Source: an uncultured Pseudorhodobacter sp.
Lineage (GTDB): Bacteria; Pseudomonadota; Alphaproteobacteria; Rhodobacterales; Rhodobacteraceae
Length of the DNA stretch: 64,000 nucleotides
Reading direction: 5' to 3'
Assembly: GCA_913062925.1 (NCBI GenBank)
Contig: CAJXWJ010000008.1
Location: 3,907-67,906, forward strand
Shown here in pieces: positions 57,383 to 64,000 of this stretch; position 1 is the first letter of the stretch; the number at the start of each line of letters is the position of its first letter. A program made the position numbers and the translations under genes. The notes below the pieces were generated by a model. It was given only the letters and a program-made list of their open reading frames with translations, was not told the DNA's origin and did not search any database.

Positions 57383-59240
<1,858 letters not shown>

Positions 59241-59263
59241 GCCAACGCTTTGATCTAAAACAG

Positions 59264-59289
59264 AAACGCGCGCCCTAGGGCGCGCGTTT
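59264..59289. terminator. Bidirectional terminator between mdh and the FAD oxidoreductase gene
   Basis: Perfect 26-bp palindrome AAACGCGCGCCCTAGGGCGCGCGTTT with flanking A/T runs. Confidence 0.85.
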
Positions 59290-59290
59290 T

Positions 59291-60508
59291 TTAGGTTGCG
59301 GCGATCTGATCGGCCAGATAAGCGGCATCGCACCAGACACCCCAGATAAAGGGCGAGGCGCGGCTTGCCAGCCACGGCAGGCCAAGGAAATAAAGCCCGC
59401 GATGCTTGGTCACGCCGCGCAGATGATCCGGCCTGCCCTTTTCATCCAGCGCATCGACCTGCAACCAGCTGTAATCCAGCGCATAGCCCGTCGCCCAAAC
59501 GATCGAGGTGATCCCCGCCTGCGCCAGATCCAAGCTGCGCAGCGGGTGGGTGACGCAGTCTGGGTTTTCCGCGAAAATCCGCGCCTCGGGTTCGGGCGGG
59601 AAATCCAGACCATGGGCGGTGACATAGGCGTCGGCCTCGTCCAAAGTCGTCAGATAATGCCGATCACCACCGGCGATATTCTCGGCCAGATCCGCCGCAA
59701 TCTGCAAAACGCCGTTGTCATAGGCGCCGGTGCGGCCCAACAGCGTCATGCCGCGCGCGGCGAAAGCGCGGAAATCCACGGTATTGCCGCCATGCGCGCC
59801 GCTGACAGCGATGGTGACATGCTCCATTCCCTTGCGCCGCGCTTTGGCGTCCCAATGGCCCAAGACCCCCAGCCACCAGCAAAAATCCTTGCCGCGATAG
59901 CGGATCGGCGGGCGGTCGTGCGGACCCACCGAAAGATAAACCTTGCGGCCTGCACGCAGCAGCTCGTCGGCGATCTGCGAACCCGAGGCCCCCGCCCCCA
60001 CCACCAGCACAGCCCCCTGGGGCAGTTGCGCTGGGTTGCGATAGCCCGAGGAATGCAGCTGCATCATCCCCGCCGCCGCTGGCACATCTTGCGGGATCAG
60101 CGGGCGCTGAAACGGCCCAGTGGCCGAGACAACATTGCGCGCCTCGATCACGCCTTGGTTGGTCTGCACGCGGTACCCAGCCTCGATCGCCGCGACCGAG
60201 GTCACCTCGACGCCGCAGCGGATCGGCGTTTTGGTCATTGCCGCGACTTGTTCGAAATAGGCAACCATGCGATCTTTTGGGGCAAAACTCGCGGGGTCAA
60301 GATCGGGAAAATCCAAGATCGGGAAGCGGTCGTGCCAAGCCGGACCGTTTGCCACCAGTGAATCCCAACGCTCGCTTCGCCAGCGTTCGGCAATGCGGTG
60401 ACGCTCCAGCACCAGATGCGGCAAACCGCGCTCTGACAGCTGCGCGCTCATCGCAATACCGGCTTGCCCGCCGCCGATGATAAGCGTTTCGATCTGTTCC
60501 ACTGACAC
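59291..60508 (-). CDS. Flavin-dependent monooxygenase/oxidoreductase (FMO-like; HinH-like)
   Basis: IIGGGQAG, RWDSLVANGPAWHDRFP, LHSSGYRNP, VVGAGASGSQIA and VWATGY motifs; GTG start after GGAG. Confidence 0.85.
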   Translation of the reverse strand: MSVEQIETLIIGGGQAGIAMSAQLSERGLPHLVLERHRIAERWRSERWDSLVANGPAWHDRFPILDFPDLDPASFAPKDRMVAYFEQVAAMTKTPIRCGVEVTSVAAIEAGYRVQTNQGVIEARNVVSATGPFQRPLIPQDVPAAAGMMQLHSSGYRNPAQLPQGAVLVVGAGASGSQIADELLRAGRKVYLSVGPHDRPPIRYRGKDFCWWLGVLGHWDAKARRKGMEHVTIAVSGAHGGNTVDFRAFAARGMTLLGRTGAYDNGVLQIAADLAENIAGGDRHYLTTLDEADAYVTAHGLDFPPEPEARIFAENPDCVTHPLRSLDLAQAGITSIVWATGYALDYSWLQVDALDEKGRPDHLRGVTKHRGLYFLGLPWLASRASPFIWGVWCDAAYLADQIAAT

Positions 60509-60736
60509 CGCATGCTCCTTTGACGCCACGTTACGCTGTACTTAGGGCGGCAATGGGTTAGGGAAAACTATAATTTGATTCAGCCAAGCGTAGCCCAAGC
60601 TTACCCATGGCGGCCATATTTGATTAGCTAAAATGGATGCAATGCGACGAAAACCCTGTTATTGCTGAAGGTGGCCCAAGGCGGCTATCACTCATCCTGC
60701 GACATTTTGTCCACCCATCGAAAGGCTGCTGCCGTC

Positions 60737-61159
60737 ATGGCCAATCCGCACACGCGCTATCGCAAGTTCAACACCAAAGAGACCTACCCAGAGCAGAACT
60801 TGGACAATGATCTGTGCCAAGCTGTCGCCACGCGCGGCGGGCGCACCCTGTATTTGCGCGGTCAATGCCCGCAAAACCTTGATGACGCCAAGGATATCGG
60901 CAGCCATGATCCCGTCGAGCAGACGCATAAGGTGATGCAAAACATCCGCCAGCTGATCGAAGAGGCGGGCGGCAGTATGGAGCATCTGGTCAAGGTGGTG
61001 GTCTATATTACCGATGTGCGCCACCGCGAGGCGGTTTACCGCACCATGGGCGAATATATCAAAGGTGTGTATCCGGTCTCGACCGGGCTGGTGGTCACAG
61101 CACTTGCGCGGCCAAGCTGGTTGGTCGAAATCGACGGCACCGCCGTGATCCCGGATTAA
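60737..61159 (+). CDS. RidA/YjgF family enamine/imine deaminase (HinG-like)
   Basis: HTRYRKFNTKETYP..NLDNDLCQAV, LRGQ, PVSTG.VV..LA and EID.TAVI motifs. Confidence 0.88.
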   Translation: MANPHTRYRKFNTKETYPEQNLDNDLCQAVATRGGRTLYLRGQCPQNLDDAKDIGSHDPVEQTHKVMQNIRQLIEEAGGSMEHLVKVVVYITDVRHREAVYRTMGEYIKGVYPVSTGLVVTALARPSWLVEIDGTAVIPD

Positions 61160-61162
61160 GCC

Positions 61163-61831
61163 ATGACATTTTCTCTGATCGCACGCTGCACCACTTCGGG
61201 CCAATTTGGCATGGTGATCTCGTCTTCCTCGCCTGCGGTGGCGGCGCGCTGTGCGCATGTGCGCGCAAGCGTGGGCGTGGTGGCCAGCCAAAACATCACC
61301 GACCCCGCCTTGGGGCCTGCGGTGCTGGGTGCAATGGCCGAGGGGGCCACGGCAGAGCAAGCGGTGGCGGCACTGGCGGGGCGGGCGTTTATTGACTATC
61401 GCCAAGTGCTGGCGCTTGGCGCTGCGGGCGCGCCTGCGATCCATTCGGGCGCACAGGTCTTGGGGGTTTGGGCGGAAGCTTTGGGACCGCATTCGGCAGC
61501 GGGCGGCAATCTTTTGGCCAATGACGCTGTGCCCCAAGCCATGGTGGCAAGCTTTGAGGCCGCGCAGGGCCATCTGGGAGATCGGTTGATAGCAGCCTTG
61601 CAAGCGGGGCTTGCGGCCGGCGGCGAGGCGGGGCCGGTGCGTTCGGCGGGCCTCAAGATCGCGGATAAGCTTGATTGGCCCTTGGTCGATCTGCGCATCG
61701 ACTGGCATGATACCCCGATTGCAGCATTGGCCGAGGCTTGGACCGTCTACCGCCCGCAAATGTCCGCCTATGTGCAGCGTGCCCAAGACCCGACCGAAGC
61801 CCCCTCTTACGGCGTGCCGGGCGACGAATAA
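61163..61831 (+). CDS. DUF1028 family (Ntn-hydrolase-like) protein (HinL-like)
   Basis: MTFSLIARC, SSSSPAVAARC, SQN, GNLL, GGEAG..RSA.L and DLRIDWHD.P motifs. Confidence 0.88.
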   Translation: MTFSLIARCTTSGQFGMVISSSSPAVAARCAHVRASVGVVASQNITDPALGPAVLGAMAEGATAEQAVAALAGRAFIDYRQVLALGAAGAPAIHSGAQVLGVWAEALGPHSAAGGNLLANDAVPQAMVASFEAAQGHLGDRLIAALQAGLAAGGEAGPVRSAGLKIADKLDWPLVDLRIDWHDTPIAALAEAWTVYRPQMSAYVQRAQDPTEAPSYGVPGDE

Positions 61832-61856
61832 CGCCCTCATCCAGCGAAAGGCCAAT

Positions 61857-62795
61857 ATGCAAACACGTTTCACCTTGCGACAATTGGAATATCTGGTCGC
61901 CGTCGGGCGCTTTGGCTCGATCTCGCTGGCGGCACATCATCTGTCGGTCTCGCCGCCCTCGATTTCAAACGCCATTGCCCAGCTCGAGGCCGAATTTGGC
62001 CTGCCCGCCTTTGTGCGCAAACATGCTCAAGGCATGACGCTAACCCAAGCCGGACGCGCATTGATGGCGCAGGCGGTGCAGGTGCTGGAGGCAGCCCGCG
62101 CGCTGTCAAATCTTGCCGATCAGCACAATGGCACCGTGCGTGGCGATCTGAACGTTGGTTGCCTGCTGACCTTTGCCCAGATCATCGTGCCGCGCCTGCG
62201 CCGCGCCTTTACCACCGCGTTTCCCGAGGTGACCTTTCGCCAGTTTCAGTACCACCAAGCCGGTCTGATTGAGGCGCTGCGCGATGCAACCATCGACATT
62301 GCGATCACCTATGATCTGATGATCCCCGCCGATATGGAGTTTACCCCGCTGGCCACTCTGCCGCCTTTTGCCATGCTGCCAGCGGCACATCCTCTTGCCA
62401 CACGCTCTAGCCTTAGCCTTGCCGAGCTTGCGCCCTCGCCCATGATTTTGCTGGATCTGCCGATCAGTGGCGCCTATTTCATGTCGCTGTTTGATCAAGC
62501 AGGTGTCACCCCGCGTATTGTCGAGCGTAGCCATGACATGGCGGTTGTGCGGTCGCTGGTGGGCAATGATTTCGGCTATTCCGTCGCAAATGCCCGGCCT
62601 TTTGCGCCAACGGCCCCTGATGGCAAAGAGCTGGCCTTTGTACCGCTGACAGGCGGGCTTAAGCCCGTTCGGATGGGAATTTTGTCCACCGCGGGGGGGA
62701 AATCTTCGCTAACGGTCAAGACCTTTGTCAGCCTTTGCGAAAAGATGATCGATCCGACCATGCAGGCTCAAATCTCGATTAATGCCAAGGAGTAG
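61857..62795 (+). CDS. LysR-family regulator
   Basis: FTLRQLEYLVAV...GSI..AA..L.VS.PSIS.AI..LE and RKHAQG..LT.AG motifs. Confidence 0.92.
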   Translation: MQTRFTLRQLEYLVAVGRFGSISLAAHHLSVSPPSISNAIAQLEAEFGLPAFVRKHAQGMTLTQAGRALMAQAVQVLEAARALSNLADQHNGTVRGDLNVGCLLTFAQIIVPRLRRAFTTAFPEVTFRQFQYHQAGLIEALRDATIDIAITYDLMIPADMEFTPLATLPPFAMLPAAHPLATRSSLSLAELAPSPMILLDLPISGAYFMSLFDQAGVTPRIVERSHDMAVVRSLVGNDFGYSVANARPFAPTAPDGKELAFVPLTGGLKPVRMGILSTAGGKSSLTVKTFVSLCEKMIDPTMQAQISINAKE

Positions 62796-62798
62796 CGC

Positions 62799-64000
62799 AT
62801 GCGCGACCCGCGCTATGATATCCTGTTTCAGCCGCAACAGATTGGGCCGGTGACGGCAAAGAACCGGTTTTATCAGGTGCCCCATTGCAACGGTGGCGGC
62901 TACCGCGACCCATCGGCGGCGGCGGCGATGCGGGGGATCAAGGCGCAGGGCGGCTGGGGCGTGATCTTTACCGAACAGACCGAGATGCACCATTCCTCGG
63001 AAATCACCCCCTTTATCGAGCTGCGCCTGTGGGAGGATCAAGACATCCCCTCGATCGCCAAGATGGCGGCGGCGATGAAAACCCATGGCGCTTTGGCGGG
63101 GATTCAGCTGGCTTATTCCGGTATCAATGGCCCGAATATGTATACCAAGGAAGTGCCGCTTGCGCCCTCGGCCCTGCCCATTCGCACCTTCACCAATGAT
63201 CCGGTGCAGGCCCGCGCCATGGACAAAACCGACATTCGCAATCTGCGGCGCTGGTTTGTCACGGCCGCAAAGCGCAGCCAGACAGCGGGCTTTGATCTGA
63301 TCTGTCTTTACGGCGCGCATGGCTTTGGCATTTTCCAACATTTCCTGTCGCGCGCCACCAATCAGCGCAGCGACGAATATGGCGGCAGTCTTGAGAACCG
63401 CTCGCGCTTTGCCCGCGAGGTGATCGCCGATATGCGCGACGCGGTGGGCGACAGCATGGCGCTGACGCTGCGGGTGTCTTTGGATGAAAGCATTGGCGCT
63501 TTGGGCTTTTCCAATGCCGAGGTGCGCGACTTTATCGCGATGAACGCCGATCTGCCCGATCTGTGGGATTTGGCGATGGGCACATGGGAAGATTGCTCTG
63601 GCCCCTCGCGCTTTAAACCCGAAGCCGCGCAAGAGGTTTGGGTCAGCGGCATCCGTGCGCTGTCCAGCCGCCCCGTGGTCGGCGTTGGCCGCTTTACCTC
63701 GCCCGATGTCATGGTGCGGATGATCACCTCGGGCACCTTGGATTTCATCGGCTGCGCGCGCCCCTCGATTGCCGATCCGTTTTTGCCGGCCAAGATTGAC
63801 GCAGGCCGGATTGAAGACATTCGCGAATGTATCGGCTGCAATATCTGCATCACCGGCGACATGACCCAAGGCATGGGACGCTGCACGCAAAACCCGACTT
63901 GGATGGAGGAATGGCGGCGCGGCTGGCATCCTGAACAGATCGCCACCAAGGGCGAAAGCGACAGCGTGTTGATCATAGGGTCTGGCCCTGCCGGATTGGA
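62799..64000 (+). CDS. Trimethylamine/histamine dehydrogenase-family iron-sulfur flavoenzyme, 3' end beyond the window
   Basis: Not in ORF track. Reads MRDPRYDILF...KNRFYQVPHC30NGGG, LYGAHG, NQRSDEYGGSLENR, ECIGCNIC (C344/347/350), RCTQN, then the start of IIGSGPAGL. Confidence 0.92.
   Translation, partial: MRDPRYDILFQPQQIGPVTAKNRFYQVPHCNGGGYRDPSAAAAMRGIKAQGGWGVIFTEQTEMHHSSEITPFIELRLWEDQDIPSIAKMAAAMKTHGALAGIQLAYSGINGPNMYTKEVPLAPSALPIRTFTNDPVQARAMDKTDIRNLRRWFVTAAKRSQTAGFDLICLYGAHGFGIFQHFLSRATNQRSDEYGGSLENRSRFAREVIADMRDAVGDSMALTLRVSLDESIGALGFSNAEVRDFIAMNADLPDLWDLAMGTWEDCSGPSRFKPEAAQEVWVSGIRALSSRPVVGVGRFTSPDVMVRMITSGTLDFIGCARPSIADPFLPAKIDAGRIEDIRECIGCNICITGDMTQGMGRCTQNPTWMEEWRRGWHPEQIATKGESDSVLIIGSGPAGL

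Overview
GC-rich alphaproteobacterial chromosome segment. Gene content and order point to Rhodobacteraceae: miaB, phoH-ybeY-corC-lnt-metK-trmB-aroA-cmk-rpsA-ihfB-lapA-trpF, ccr/ecm, sdhCDAB, mch, mcl2, mdh. Three accessory blocks sit among the core genes. (1) 0.6-8.2 kb: a surface-glycan cluster with a degenerate SGNH-like protein, a LamG-like protein, a Cys-type sulfatase fused to RTX repeats, and three glycosyltransferases. It is divergent from a B12-riboswitch-controlled NiCoT-like gene. (2) 8.3-21.8 kb: a sugar/sugar-acid catabolic region with a sugar ABC transporter, D-lyxose-type isomerase, idnD/idnO/idnK, two 2-hydroxyacid dehydrogenases and a LacI/GntR regulator with two clear operators. 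It also holds a frame-intact but catalytically stripped PcaB/lyase-like gene. (3) 59.3-64 kb: FAD oxidoreductase, RidA, DUF1028, LysR and a TMADH/histamine-dehydrogenase-family flavoenzyme, which resembles a hybrid histamine/imidazoleacetate pathway. Two riboswitches (cobalamin; SAM/SAH before metK), several terminators and three REP-like repeats were found. No tRNA, rRNA, CRISPR array, integrase or transposase was seen. All family calls come from motif recognition by eye, not database searches. Many start codons were moved downstream of the ORF-track start where RBS or family N-terminus supported it.
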